DNA of 54,761 bases from a virus. Its lineage: Duplodnaviria > Caudoviricetes. Each line of letters opens with the position of its first letter. The first letter of the stretch is position 1. Below the pieces are notes generated by a model, which saw only the letters and a list, made by a program, of their open reading frames with translations, was not told the DNA's origin and searched no databases. Below are positions 17,412-26,114 of the stretch, one piece after another. The stretch spans positions 1 through 54,761 of IMG/VR virus record IMGVR_UViG_3300020578_000101; one strand, written 5' to 3'. A program made the position numbers and the translations under genes.

Positions 17412-19488
17412 CCGAGTCCAGGGCGCGCGCCTTAAAGCCGCCGCCTCTACCCATGCCGCCAAGCAGTTGGCGGCGTTGGGTGTTCCCATGTACAACCGAG
17501 CAGGGGGGCGCGCCAAGTTCGTTGGCGACAAGGCTTATGCCTACTGGAGCCTCAACAGCGAGGGTAAGGTCTCGTCGTACGGCATCAACTACCCGGCGAT
17601 GCCCGACAACGCCTTAGTTTCGCGCCGCGAGGCTGACCTGATCAGTGCCTACACGTTGCATGAAATTGGGCATATTGCGTTCACCGACAATCAGGCGCCC
17701 GGTGGTCAAAAGCCCCTGGTCTTCCACTTGTGGAACGGTATCGAGGACGCCCGTATTGAGCGCGCCGTGATCGCCTCTGGCAATGCCAAGGGCTCCCGCT
17801 CCGCGTTCAAGCGCCTCATGTCCAAGTTCACTGCCACGGCGGATGGCTCTGGCTTCAACCCTAGCAACATCAACTCCGCGCCGTTCGCTCTGGCTTTGGT
17901 CTGCCGCGCCGCGCTTGGTGACGGCAATGGGTACGCCAAAACGCTTCTTGCCCGTATTCCTGAACCCAAGCGCGCGCTGTATGCCGCCGCTTGCGAGGGC
18001 GCCAAAGGTCTAACCCTTGACCGCCAAGGCTCCTGGGGCGCTCTTGCCCTGGCGCGTGAGTTCCTGGATGGCTGGCTTGCAATTGAGCCCGACGCCCTCA
18101 AGGCATCTGAGCCGGTTCACCAACCTGCTGGCGCGCCAAGCGCCGAGGAACAGCAGGAACAGCAGTCCGATGCGGACGACGCTGGCTCTGCTCCCGCCTG
18201 GGGTGAGGAGGACGAGGGCGAGGACCAGGATGACGCTGATGCCAGCAACAGCGGCAACAGCAGTTTTGACTGGGACGGCGAGTCCGACGAGGACAGCAAC
18301 GAGGACGGCGACGAGGACAGTGACGGCGTCAGCGCCAGCGACCTCCGGGCTGACATGGAGGACGCCGCCGAGGAGGTTGTTAGTGGTCGCGACGACTCGG
18401 TCTTGTTTGACCAGTCTGACGACGACTCGGACGAGGGCGGCGAGGGCTCCGGCGGTTACGGTAGCGAGCCTTACGGTAGCGAGCCTTTCAGCGACGAGTC
18501 GGACACGTTCGACGAAACTCGCGTTGTTGCCGCCGAGCCAAACGTTGACGACCTGTTCGCCAGCATCCTGGCGCGCACCAAGGCTCCGGTCGACCTCCCG
18601 ATCATGGGCAAGGTCACTCGGTCTGTGATCCGCAACTGGTCCAAGGTTGTTGCGTTGGACGAGTCTGGTCAGCGTCGCCACTACCGGAAGTTCCACAAGT
18701 CTGCGCTTCCCGCTCTCAAGGCTCAGTTGTACCGGATTCTCAAGGCACCTGAGCGTTGCGGCTGGGACGGCGGCGCACTTGGCGGTCGGTTCGACGGCAA
18801 GCGCACGTCACGCATGATGGCTGGCAGCGAGTCGGTGTTCAAGCGCCGCTGGGTTAGCGAGGGCATCAACACCGCTGTGTCAGTGGTCATCGACATGTCC
18901 GGTAGCATGAAAGGCGAGCCGATCAAGGAGTCGGTTGACCTTGGCTGGACCATTGCCGAGGCGGCTGAATCTGCCGGTTGCGAGGTCGAGGTTCTTGGCT
19001 TCACCACCAAGTACGCCTCGTACCATGACGGCGGCCACACCATTGGCGGCGAATGGGTTGACGGCACCAACGCCCGTCACTCGGCACCGGCTACGCTGAT
19101 CGTTGCCAAGCGCTGGCAGGACAAGTGCGCCAACAGCGCCCAGTACTTCAGCATCATGAAGCGCGCCGCGGACGGCGGTACCCCCGATTACTCGGCAATT
19201 CGCACAGTCGCCGAACAGTTGTCGACGCACAGCGCCCAGCGCAAGTTGGTCATCGTCATCACTGACGGTTGCGGCGAGATCGGTTCGATGGCTGAGTTGA
19301 CCAAGTCTGCTTACGACTTGTACGGCGTCGACGTGATCGGTTTTGGTATCGGTATCTCCGAACACCACTTCAAACGGGCTTACGCCCTGGGTTCTGTGGT
19401 GAGCGGGTTTCTTTCCGACCTACACAAAACCTGCCTCAAGTCTGTCGCCGACCAGTTAGCACGGCGCGACTCCCGCAGGGTTGCGTGA
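17404..19488 (+). CDS. CobT-like VWA-domain protein with N-terminal HExxH motif and acidic linker
   Basis: LHEIGH...EDARIE; MIDAS DMSGSM, GGTP, ITDG; ATG at 17404 with GAGGAG RBS. Confidence 0.85.
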   Translation: MSNRVQGARLKAAASTHAAKQLAALGVPMYNRAGGRAKFVGDKAYAYWSLNSEGKVSSYGINYPAMPDNALVSRREADLISAYTLHEIGHIAFTDNQAPGGQKPLVFHLWNGIEDARIERAVIASGNAKGSRSAFKRLMSKFTATADGSGFNPSNINSAPFALALVCRAALGDGNGYAKTLLARIPEPKRALYAAACEGAKGLTLDRQGSWGALALAREFLDGWLAIEPDALKASEPVHQPAGAPSAEEQQEQQSDADDAGSAPAWGEEDEGEDQDDADASNSGNSSFDWDGESDEDSNEDGDEDSDGVSASDLRADMEDAAEEVVSGRDDSVLFDQSDDDSDEGGEGSGGYGSEPYGSEPFSDESDTFDETRVVAAEPNVDDLFASILARTKAPVDLPIMGKVTRSVIRNWSKVVALDESGQRRHYRKFHKSALPALKAQLYRILKAPERCGWDGGALGGRFDGKRTSRMMAGSESVFKRRWVSEGINTAVSVVIDMSGSMKGEPIKESVDLGWTIAEAAESAGCEVEVLGFTTKYASYHDGGHTIGGEWVDGTNARHSAPATLIVAKRWQDKCANSAQYFSIMKRAADGGTPDYSAIRTVAEQLSTHSAQRKLVIVITDGCGEIGSMAELTKSAYDLYGVDVIGFGIGISEHHFKRAYALGSVVSGFLSDLHKTCLKSVADQLARRDSRRVA

Positions 19489-19493
19489 TAACA

Positions 19494-19509
19494 GGGGGGT
19501 TCGCCCCCC
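19494..19509 (+). other. GC hairpin with UUCG loop between VWA and HD genes
   Basis: GGGGGG-TTCG-CCCCCC; no U tract. Confidence 0.5.
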
Positions 19510-19521
19510 AGAAAGGATCGT

Positions 19522-20043
19522 ATGTGGAAAAAAGTTGAACTCGAAAATGCCGACACCAGTGACGTCTTGATTGATCGGGCAATTAGGTTCGCAACCGCGG
19601 CGCATGATGGTATGTTCAGGGCTGACGGCGTCACCCCCTACATCAACCACCCCATTGCTGTCGCCAACATCCTGCGCGTCCTTGGTGAGCCAGCGAATAC
19701 AGTTGTTGCCGCTGTTCTCCATGACGTTATTGAGGACTGCGGGGTTGACCGCGAGTACTTGGCTCACAAGTTTGGGATCTGGGTCGCACTGACCGTCAGC
19801 GAGGTTACGTTCCCGGCTGGCGTCCCGAACAGGAGAGCCGCGATCATTGCGGCAATCCCGAACATGAGCCCTGCGGCTATCAAAATCAAAGTCGTTGACG
19901 CCATTGTCAACCTCGCCGACCTGCCCAACTCGGGCTGGGATCGTGGCAAGGCTGAACGTTATCGGGCTCACCTGGAGCGGGTCATTGCCGTTGGTGTTAA
20001 CACGCTCTGGAACTTGGCTTGGCGCCCGAAAAGCGAGGAGTAA
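19522..20043 (+). CDS. HD-domain small alarmone hydrolase (Mesh1/SpoT-HD-like)
   Basis: AH....R, PYINHP, LHDVIED, SEVT and K..D...NL motifs. Confidence 0.85.
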   Translation: MWKKVELENADTSDVLIDRAIRFATAAHDGMFRADGVTPYINHPIAVANILRVLGEPANTVVAAVLHDVIEDCGVDREYLAHKFGIWVALTVSEVTFPAGVPNRRAAIIAAIPNMSPAAIKIKVVDAIVNLADLPNSGWDRGKAERYRAHLERVIAVGVNTLWNLAWRPKSEE

Positions 20044-20073
20044 AAAATGCCGGGGGTGAGGTTCCCCCGGCTT
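20042..20073. terminator. Probable bidirectional terminator
   Basis: GCCGGGGG-N7-CCCCCGGC with an A-run on the left (U tract on the minus strand); lies between convergent units. Confidence 0.65.
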
Positions 20074-20345
20074 AAGGTTGCTTCCTGCCCCCAGTGACCG
20101 TCAGGTCGACTGGGTAAGGGCACGACGTACGTGTCCTTACCGAGACGTCCTGTCGAACGGTATTGCCGGTTGATATTGTTGAATGAATTTATTTCTGGTG
20201 ATCCAGAAATTTAGAGGACACTTGTCCCTTAGACCGGCGCGCAGGTAGTTATAGTTGTCTTGCACCTATGCCAAGGACTTTACACTAGTTTGGTTTACAC
20301 AACAACTGTTGGGCGAAAATAGTTATTAGGGAAAACCCCGATATA

Positions 20346-20894
20346 TCAAAGCCCCTCGCTCATTTGCATATCAACCTTCCTTCTTGCGGATCGGTACGCG
20401 TCTTCGGCGATCTCTTTCGCCAGTTCGATTCGCTTGTCCCACCAGTCCTGGGATGCATTGGCACCCAGGCGCATCACCTCTTTGCGCCACCGCCACGTCG
20501 GGATGAATATCCCGGTCCCGTTGCAGTGGTTGCACTGTCCCTTGCGCATCGGCTTCCACGTTCCGGAGTAGTCGATCAGCCTCTCTCCCGACCCATTGCA
20601 TGAACGGCAGATCCTGATCAGCCACTCTCGCAAAGCCTGGGTCGCCGCCAACTGCGCGTGGTCGTAACTCAACCCCAACCTCTTTCGTCCGCATGCCTTC
20701 TTAAGAACACGGGACAACTCCGCAATCGCTGGGTTCAGGTCGCTGACGTAACCGCCCGAGGCTACGTGTTGCAACTTCACCCCGAGTCGTGACGCAAACG
20801 CAAGCGCCGCTACCAAGTCCGCATCAAAATGAACCTCGTCGTTGCGCAAGTTCCCGCTGTTGAGAGCGGCTCCAATCCGTTCATTACTTGTCAT
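20346..20894 (-). CDS. Late antiterminator Q-like Zn-finger protein
   Basis: CRSCNG.G...C.HCNGTG; last gene of the replication/nin operon. Confidence 0.65.
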   Translation of the reverse strand: MTSNERIGAALNSGNLRNDEVHFDADLVAALAFASRLGVKLQHVASGGYVSDLNPAIAELSRVLKKACGRKRLGLSYDHAQLAATQALREWLIRICRSCNGSGERLIDYSGTWKPMRKGQCNHCNGTGIFIPTWRWRKEVMRLGANASQDWWDKRIELAKEIAEDAYRSARRKVDMQMSEGL

Positions 20895-21210
20895 GCAACT
20901 CCTCTCGCATCAACTTCACAAACTCTTCGAGGCGGACCAAAACAACTGGTCGCATGTCGCCATCAACGCGAACGATCACCATTGGGATCTCCCCAGGCTC
21001 TGCTCCAGTCTCCGCCTGTGTCAGGAACGACAATCCTACGAACCCCCGGCGTCGCTTCACCTCGATCCTGAACGGGGGGATCGATATGTCTTCGCCCGAG
21101 TCCCTGGCTTGACCCAACTTGCGCTTCACTACTGTTCCCAACTGTTCGCTTAGGTAGTTGGCTATTTCGCGCTCCGTTGTTGCGCCCCTGTCTCTTTGTA
21201 ATCGACTCAT
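20884..21210 (-). CDS. Holliday-junction resolvase-like PD-(D/E)XK nuclease
   Basis: R.RG...ERE, G.DI and IEVKRR motifs. Confidence 0.75.
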   Translation of the reverse strand: MSRLQRDRGATTEREIANYLSEQLGTVVKRKLGQARDSGEDISIPPFRIEVKRRRGFVGLSFLTQAETGAEPGEIPMVIVRVDGDMRPVVLVRLEEFVKLMREELHDK

Positions 21211-21370
21211 CGATAATCCTTTCGGTTGTTGCGTCAGCGATACGAACCATCTCCGCGGCACAGTCTTTACACACACGACTGCGTCCGGTGAGCGGCAAGT
21301 ACTTCAACTTGGTTCCGCTGACCGACTTGCTTTTCATGCACCGCTTGCAGATGAACAGTTGCCCCATCAT
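20963..21370 (-). CDS. Small Zn-finger protein (3' end overlaps the resolvase gene)
   Basis: CKRC...CKDC; coupled start. Confidence 0.45.
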   Translation of the reverse strand: MMGQLFICKRCMKSKSVSGTKLKYLPLTGRSRVCKDCAAEMVRIADATTERIIDESITKRQGRNNGARNSQLPKRTVGNSSEAQVGSSQGLGRRHIDPPVQDRGEATPGVRRIVVPDTGGDWSRAWGDPNGDRSR

Positions 21371-21681
21371 TGGGTGATCGCCTTTAGATCAACAGCCAGT
21401 GCGCCGGACTCGAACAGCCAACCAACTGTTCGTCGATGCGCAAGTTCCCAAACATCAATGCGCGACTGCTTGTCGAGGTGCATGCCCTGGTCCAATGTTT
21501 CATGACACTTCTGGCAGATGTAAGCAACGCGATAGTCCGAGGCTTTGTGTCCGGTGCCCTTGTTGTCCCGCTGTTGATTGCTGTGTGCAGCAACAACTGT
21601 TCCGTCGTTGTTCTTCATACACGACATGCAGTGGGGCGCAAAGCGCGCCGCCTGTAGGATCTTGTCGTTGCGGTAGGTCAT
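21367..21681 (-). CDS. DUF1364-like His-Me finger nuclease-domain protein
   Basis: CMSC...TVVAAHSN...KG.G.K..D...AY.C..CH..LD. Confidence 0.75.
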   Translation of the reverse strand: MTYRNDKILQAARFAPHCMSCMKNNDGTVVAAHSNQQRDNKGTGHKASDYRVAYICQKCHETLDQGMHLDKQSRIDVWELAHRRTVGWLFESGALAVDLKAITQ

Positions 21682-22136
21682 ACCGGCGCCTGTAATTCAT
21701 GGCGGTACGCGTTGAACGGTATCTTGATGAGCATGTCGAACCGAGCCCGGTTCTCATCCGAGTGATCGATCTCCGAGCGACTGCTCAATCCCAACAGCGA
21801 CAACATCCACCCCCTCGCTGTCTCTTCGCTGTTGACGCGATCAAACGACCGCTCGCTTGCCCAATACCAGAACGCTGGGTCCTTGCACAACAGGAAAGCC
21901 AACTGTGAATACCGCTGTTGCTGTTCGACCGGCTGTTCATCATCGCCAATCTGCACCAGGGCGCACATGAATCTCTGACCGGCTCGCTTGCCCGACCTGA
22001 TCGTGAAGTCTCGGAACGGGTGCGACTCGCTCTCGTTGTCGAGCAAGAACGTTACCGTCCTCCCCCTGGTGCTACTCTCTGCCCACTGCAAGAGCATGAC
22101 CTCGCCCTCAAAGGCGATCGCGTTTTTTATTTCCAT
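21678..22136 (-). CDS. Hypothetical phage protein
   Basis: GQRFM..LV.IGDDEQP and LC....F motifs. Confidence 0.7.
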   Translation of the reverse strand: MEIKNAIAFEGEVMLLQWAESSTRGRTVTFLLDNESESHPFRDFTIRSGKRAGQRFMCALVQIGDDEQPVEQQQRYSQLAFLLCKDPAFWYWASERSFDRVNSEETARGWMLSLLGLSSRSEIDHSDENRARFDMLIKIPFNAYRHELQAPV

Positions 22137-22399
22137 TTTTTCTTCTCCCTTTCGAGTGCTTCGCGTCCTTCGTAAATTTTGCTTTGTTCTCCCATCCAAA
22201 GACCTGCGCACACAAGTTCAAGGTCGTCAGACGGCGGTCGTGCGTACAGGGCTCCCTTGTACCCATCGCGGTAACCCTGCGAGTAACCATCTCGAAACGA
22301 TGTGGCGTATGCGTAGCCGGTGTAGGCAATGACCGTTGCGACGATCATCAAGAACAGCAGGAACGCGGCGGTAAGTGATCTACTTGTCATCGCAATCAT
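22127..22399 (-). CDS. Membrane-anchored hypothetical protein
   Basis: N-terminal TM; GY..GY repeats. Confidence 0.6.
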   Translation of the reverse strand: MIAMTSRSLTAAFLLFLMIVATVIAYTGYAYATSFRDGYSQGYRDGYKGALYARPPSDDLELVCAGLWMGEQSKIYEGREALEREKKKWK

Positions 22400-22683
22400 T
22401 CTTTGTACCTCGTATTTGATCTGCGCTTTTCACCAACAGTCTTTGCTGTTCGCGCTGTTGGTCTCGCTGTTGCCGCTGTTCGCGACGGCGTTTGAATGAT
22501 CGGAACCACCAAGTTAGACGGGTCTGGCTTTTCCCCGTACTCAAGATCACCAATCTTGAGATACGTGATCTTTGACCCCGGAAACTCCGCCCTGATCTTG
22601 TCGATCATCGACGCGAATTCCGGGTGCTGTTCCCGCGCCGCCCTCAACTTCTCCACGTCCTCCGGTGTGAACTTCATCCCCAT
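22396..22683 (-). CDS. Hypothetical protein
   Basis: AAGGAG RBS; basic C-terminus. Confidence 0.55.
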   Translation of the reverse strand: MGMKFTPEDVEKLRAAREQHPEFASMIDKIRAEFPGSKITYLKIGDLEYGEKPDPSNLVVPIIQTPSRTAATARPTARTAKTVGEKRRSNTRYKE

Positions 22684-23653
22684 CTCCTTGGTCAGTAACA
22701 ATCAATGCAGGTGAACGCCACGAAATTTCCGGCGGCACCCAGGTGTAAGGTCTGCTTAGGTAAGCGTCCGTAAAACTTTGCGGACCATTCGCAAGCCAGA
22801 GATTCAACTTCCCCTCCCAGTCGTAATGGCGTTGCTTTGTCCAGCAGAGAACGGCATCGCACAACTTCATGGCTTCTTCGAAAACCTCCGGTTTTGCCTT
22901 CGGGTCAGACAACGTCTTCTCTTTGACTCGGTTGCGCCAAACAATGCAGACGTTGTCGACAAGGTCGGTGATCGACGACGAACCCTTCACGTCAAACTTG
23001 TTTGGCACCGTCAACTCGTCGTCTTTTTTCTTGACGTGAGCAATCAGGTGGATGTGCATGCCAGTGTCTTGCGCAATAGCGCAGACCTCATTGACGAAAT
23101 CTTTCTGTCCGTTGTAGTCGTCTTCACCCTTGATCACCTTCATCATCGAATCAACAAAGAAGTGAGTTACACCTAGTTCGCGACTCGCGTAGAGCATCAC
23201 GCCGCGCAGTGTTTGCGAGTCGCATACACCTTGCTGGTCGTAGATCCAGAGCAGGTTGTCAGTCCACGCGTGGAACCGCTTGATGTAGTCAACAGGCGGT
23301 GAGCCTGTGCCAGACGATTGCTTTACCATGCGCGCCATCGTTGCCTCGCCCTTCATCTCAAAGGACGCAATGCAAACCTTTTCGTTTTGCACCAGCAGAT
23401 GAAGCGCAACGTGACTGCTGACCAGCGTCTTCCCGTGCCCGTTGATGCCAGCCCACAACGTCACCTCGCCTGGGCGCATCTGATAACTGTCGCCAAGTTT
23501 TGACCACGGGGTAACGGGGCTGTTGTTTGCTGTCTCGCCGTAGAGCCGATCAATGACACGGTCTACAAAAGTCGATGCGGACACTACCTTTTCGGTTCCT
23601 TCTGACTCCAAATAGTATTGTTTGAAGTCAATAGAATTCGGCACTAGTTTCAC
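22547..23653 (-). CDS. DnaB/T7 gp4-like SF4 replicative helicase
   Basis: G.NGHGKT Walker A, SFEM, FFVDS, IHLIAH, KGS..I.D..D. Confidence 0.9.
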   Translation of the reverse strand: MKLVPNSIDFKQYYLESEGTEKVVSASTFVDRVIDRLYGETANNSPVTPWSKLGDSYQMRPGEVTLWAGINGHGKTLVSSHVALHLLVQNEKVCIASFEMKGEATMARMVKQSSGTGSPPVDYIKRFHAWTDNLLWIYDQQGVCDSQTLRGVMLYASRELGVTHFFVDSMMKVIKGEDDYNGQKDFVNEVCAIAQDTGMHIHLIAHVKKKDDELTVPNKFDVKGSSSITDLVDNVCIVWRNRVKEKTLSDPKAKPEVFEEAMKLCDAVLCWTKQRHYDWEGKLNLWLANGPQSFTDAYLSRPYTWVPPEISWRSPALIVTDQGDGDEVHTGGRGEVEGGAGTAPGIRVDDRQDQGGVSGVKDHVSQDW

Positions 23654-24086
23654 GAGTAGCCTCCTTAAGAAAACGAACCATATCCTCGTTCTGAAACTTC
23701 AACCACGGCATGTCATCAAGTTCCCACCGCATGCGCTTGAAGTCCATCTTTTTCTGGCACACCGCCTCAACATCGTCAGCCCTTGGGAGAAGCCAAAGTG
23801 AACCACCAGCGCCGCGGTCGACGTGGTAGTACTCGACGGGCTGCTTGACAACCTTGCAGAGCGCCTTCATGTGCCGGTCAAAGCCATCGATGAGGGAGTG
23901 CCACACAACGTAAACGTTCAGCCCCTTAGCGAACCGCCAGTCATAGTCCTTGACTGCGTTTGCGTAGACGACCGGGTCGTAGTTGTTGTATCGCTTACCA
24001 CTGAAGACGATGAGGAGTGGATCGCTGGGGGCGAACCCACTCATCCTTGCCTTGAGAAGCACGTTGGCGTTCTCAGGAATAATCAC
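23628..24086 (-). CDS. Hypothetical protein (replication module)
   Basis: GTG start coupled to the upstream stop; DWRF..GL.V motif. Confidence 0.55.
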   Translation of the reverse strand: MIIPENANVLLKARMSGFAPSDPLLIVFSGKRYNNYDPVVYANAVKDYDWRFAKGLNVYVVWHSLIDGFDRHMKALCKVVKQPVEYYHVDRGAGGSLWLLPRADDVEAVCQKKMDFKRMRWELDDMPWLKFQNEDMVRFLKEATRETSAEFY

Positions 24087-24529
24087 AAAGCCCCTTCCCA
24101 GGGCATTGCAACGCCCTGCGAATCGCCGCCGTCCTCGTACCTCTTCTGATTGAGGTAGGTGAGGGCGTGAGGGATATAGCCATCGACCCACTGGCGCGAT
24201 CGCTTGCGGCAATCAACGTCAGCAAGGATCTGGTCGAGCATGGACGCGCAGTTGTCGCGCTTCCAAGCCACCAATGCTGGCGCCTTTTTTTCTTTATTTG
24301 GATAGGCTGACCAGAACTGGTCAAAGCCCGTCTCATCGCCCCGGACCAACGCCGTCTTCTTGACCTTGAATTCCTTGAGCAGGAAGTCGGCGATTTGTAT
24401 TGCCTGGTCCTTCGAAATCTCTATGGTGACCACCTCTTCAGCATGATCACCGACGCGCTGGGAGACTGTTGCAATCCCAACCTCGCGGTCAACGTTGATC
24501 TCTATTGGAAATTGAATGAATGCAACCAT
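24083..24529 (-). CDS. Phage replication initiator-like protein
   Basis: FDQFW.AYP.K..K..A...W...YIPH..TYLNQ.R.ED motif; upstream of the helicase. Confidence 0.7.
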   Translation of the reverse strand: MVAFIQFPIEINVDREVGIATVSQRVGDHAEEVVTIEISKDQAIQIADFLLKEFKVKKTALVRGDETGFDQFWSAYPNKEKKAPALVAWKRDNCASMLDQILADVDCRKRSRQWVDGYIPHALTYLNQKRYEDGGDSQGVAMPWEGAL

Positions 24530-24985
24530 CTTTGCTGTCCTTTCCTATTTTAGATTGACGTTAATGAATTTTACAAACGTTATAGAAGCGTGACAATACC
24601 TTATGGTGTTTTTTTTTGCAAAAAAAACGCCTCACGGCGAATTATTGCTCCGCCTACCAGGGAGATGGTGAGACGAAATTGACCCATTGTGGTCAGACGA
24701 AATTAAACTTCTGTCAGTGGAATGAACTTAACGTTATTAACGTTAAGAAACTTAACCTTCCTTCACACAGAACCCGAGACGAACCTAGCCCATACCTGGG
24801 GCATGAGCCAAGGTTCCTTCACACGTCACCGTCGACATGACCCGCCAGCCTTTTCGCGCCTGGGGTGCTGGCTTCGCCGCCCCGCTCACTTTCTCAGCGC
24901 TACCCACGGTAGTGATTTCTAGACTGCGCCCCGCCGTATTAGGATCACCGACAACGCAGTCGAGCGAATACTATACCGTAGTTAA
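24530..24985 (-). other. Non-coding replication-origin / structured-RNA region
   Basis: AT-rich tract, perfect 21-bp inverted repeat at 24727-24747, direct repeats, and a GU-compatible hairpin at 24781-24816. Confidence 0.5.
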
Positions 24986-25261
24986 CTACGACTCTGAGGT
25001 ATCGTCAATGAAAACAATTTCTGGTCGCTGATTGAGAGCGTTCTTCACGTAGTTCCAGTCAACAGCATCGCTCTTGTTGATCAGTGTGCGAAAGTCAACC
25101 GCGCCGTTGCTCATCTTGTCGACCGCAACCGCAAGAGCCATCGTTACCGAACTGCCCTTGTAGATCCGGTTGGTTATGTAGGCTCCGGTGTACCCAGCCA
25201 TGTGACCGAGGCGCTCCCGGTCCATTTGCGTCAACCCTCTGACGTAGTCCTTGAGTTCCAT
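24986..25261 (-). CDS. Cro-like HTH regulator
   Basis: Short HTH-like protein divergent from the repressor gene. Confidence 0.7.
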   Translation of the reverse strand: MELKDYVRGLTQMDRERLGHMAGYTGAYITNRIYKGSSVTMALAVAVDKMSNGAVDFRTLINKSDAVDWNYVKNALNQRPEIVFIDDTSES

Positions 25262-25283
25262 GAAATTCCCCTTGTTAGAAAAC

Positions 25284-25420
25284 ACTACCATTTGATATTG
25301 TGCCAGAGAATTGTTGGTTGACCACTACTAGATGTAGTACCCCCCCCAAAAAAAACCCCTTTAAGCGCATCAAGGGAGGGTAATAACTTATTGCCATAAA
25401 ATAATACCAAATGGTAATGT
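25284..25420. promoter_or_regulatory. cro/cI divergent control region with operators
   Basis: ACTACC-ATTT-GATATT (25284-25299) and AATACC-AAAT-GGTAAT (25403-25418); TTGCCA at 25391 and extended -10 TGgTAATGT. Confidence 0.6.
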
Positions 25421-25476
25421 TCGAATCCACTCACAAAAAGGAGCCTCGCAACTTGAGACCCCGTTAGGAAACTAAA

Positions 25477-26109
25477 ATGCTTGAGCAGATCCGCAGGTCA
25501 AATCTTGATGCACTCATCAAGGACCGATTTGAAGGGAACAGGGCGTCGTTTTGTCGGGCTACCGGTAGGCACCCTAATCTCATCAACCTGATCCTAAGCA
25601 AAAACCCGAACCTAAAACGCGGGATCGGAGAAAAACTTTGCCGTGGTATTGAAAAATCACTCGCTCTCCCGCAAGGCTGGCTGGATAAGCCATTTCACGG
25701 GGCGGAGGGTGCTGGTGCGGTCACGGTTTCTATCATTGACAACACCCGCATCGACGAGTGGTTGACGCTTGATCGCACCAGCCTCAAGGAAATGAGCGCC
25801 GCCACCCCAGCCGGTCACATCGCCGTCTTTCGAGTCAAGTCTGACCACATGTCCCCAACTGTGTCCGCGGGGGACCTGCTGTTCTTGGACACCTCCGAGT
25901 CCGAACGGAAGGTCGACCAAAGCGGCTCGATATTTGTCGTCAACGCTCAAGACGGACCAAGCCTTGTTCGTTTTCGCAAGACCGCAGAGGGGTGGGTGTT
26001 GTCTTTTGACAACACCGCCTATGCCCCGGTCAAGGTCACCCAGGCGTTTGTCAACAAGCAGGAAATCCTTGGTCGCGCCCTCACTTCGATGACCATAAAG
26101 AAATTGTGA
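25477..26109 (+). CDS. CI-like repressor (HTH + S24-like domain)
   Basis: IRR.NL N-terminus, IG.K..R.IE..L.LP.GWLD, M.PT...GD, DN..Y. Confidence 0.85.
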   Translation: MLEQIRRSNLDALIKDRFEGNRASFCRATGRHPNLINLILSKNPNLKRGIGEKLCRGIEKSLALPQGWLDKPFHGAEGAGAVTVSIIDNTRIDEWLTLDRTSLKEMSAATPAGHIAVFRVKSDHMSPTVSAGDLLFLDTSESERKVDQSGSIFVVNAQDGPSLVRFRKTAEGWVLSFDNTAYAPVKVTQAFVNKQEILGRALTSMTIKKL

Positions 26110-26114
26110 CGGAC

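Noticed and set aside
16188-19488. Cobalamin biosynthesis (cobS/cobT auxiliary metabolic genes)
   Set aside because: No CobN or other cob genes; the motifs only support a generic MoxR-VWA pair.
22547-22700. Programmed frameshift or recoding at the helicase 3' end
   Set aside because: The overlap with the next gene lacks a slippery site; more simply a long overlap or a lost stop. Genes elsewhere read normally in the standard code.
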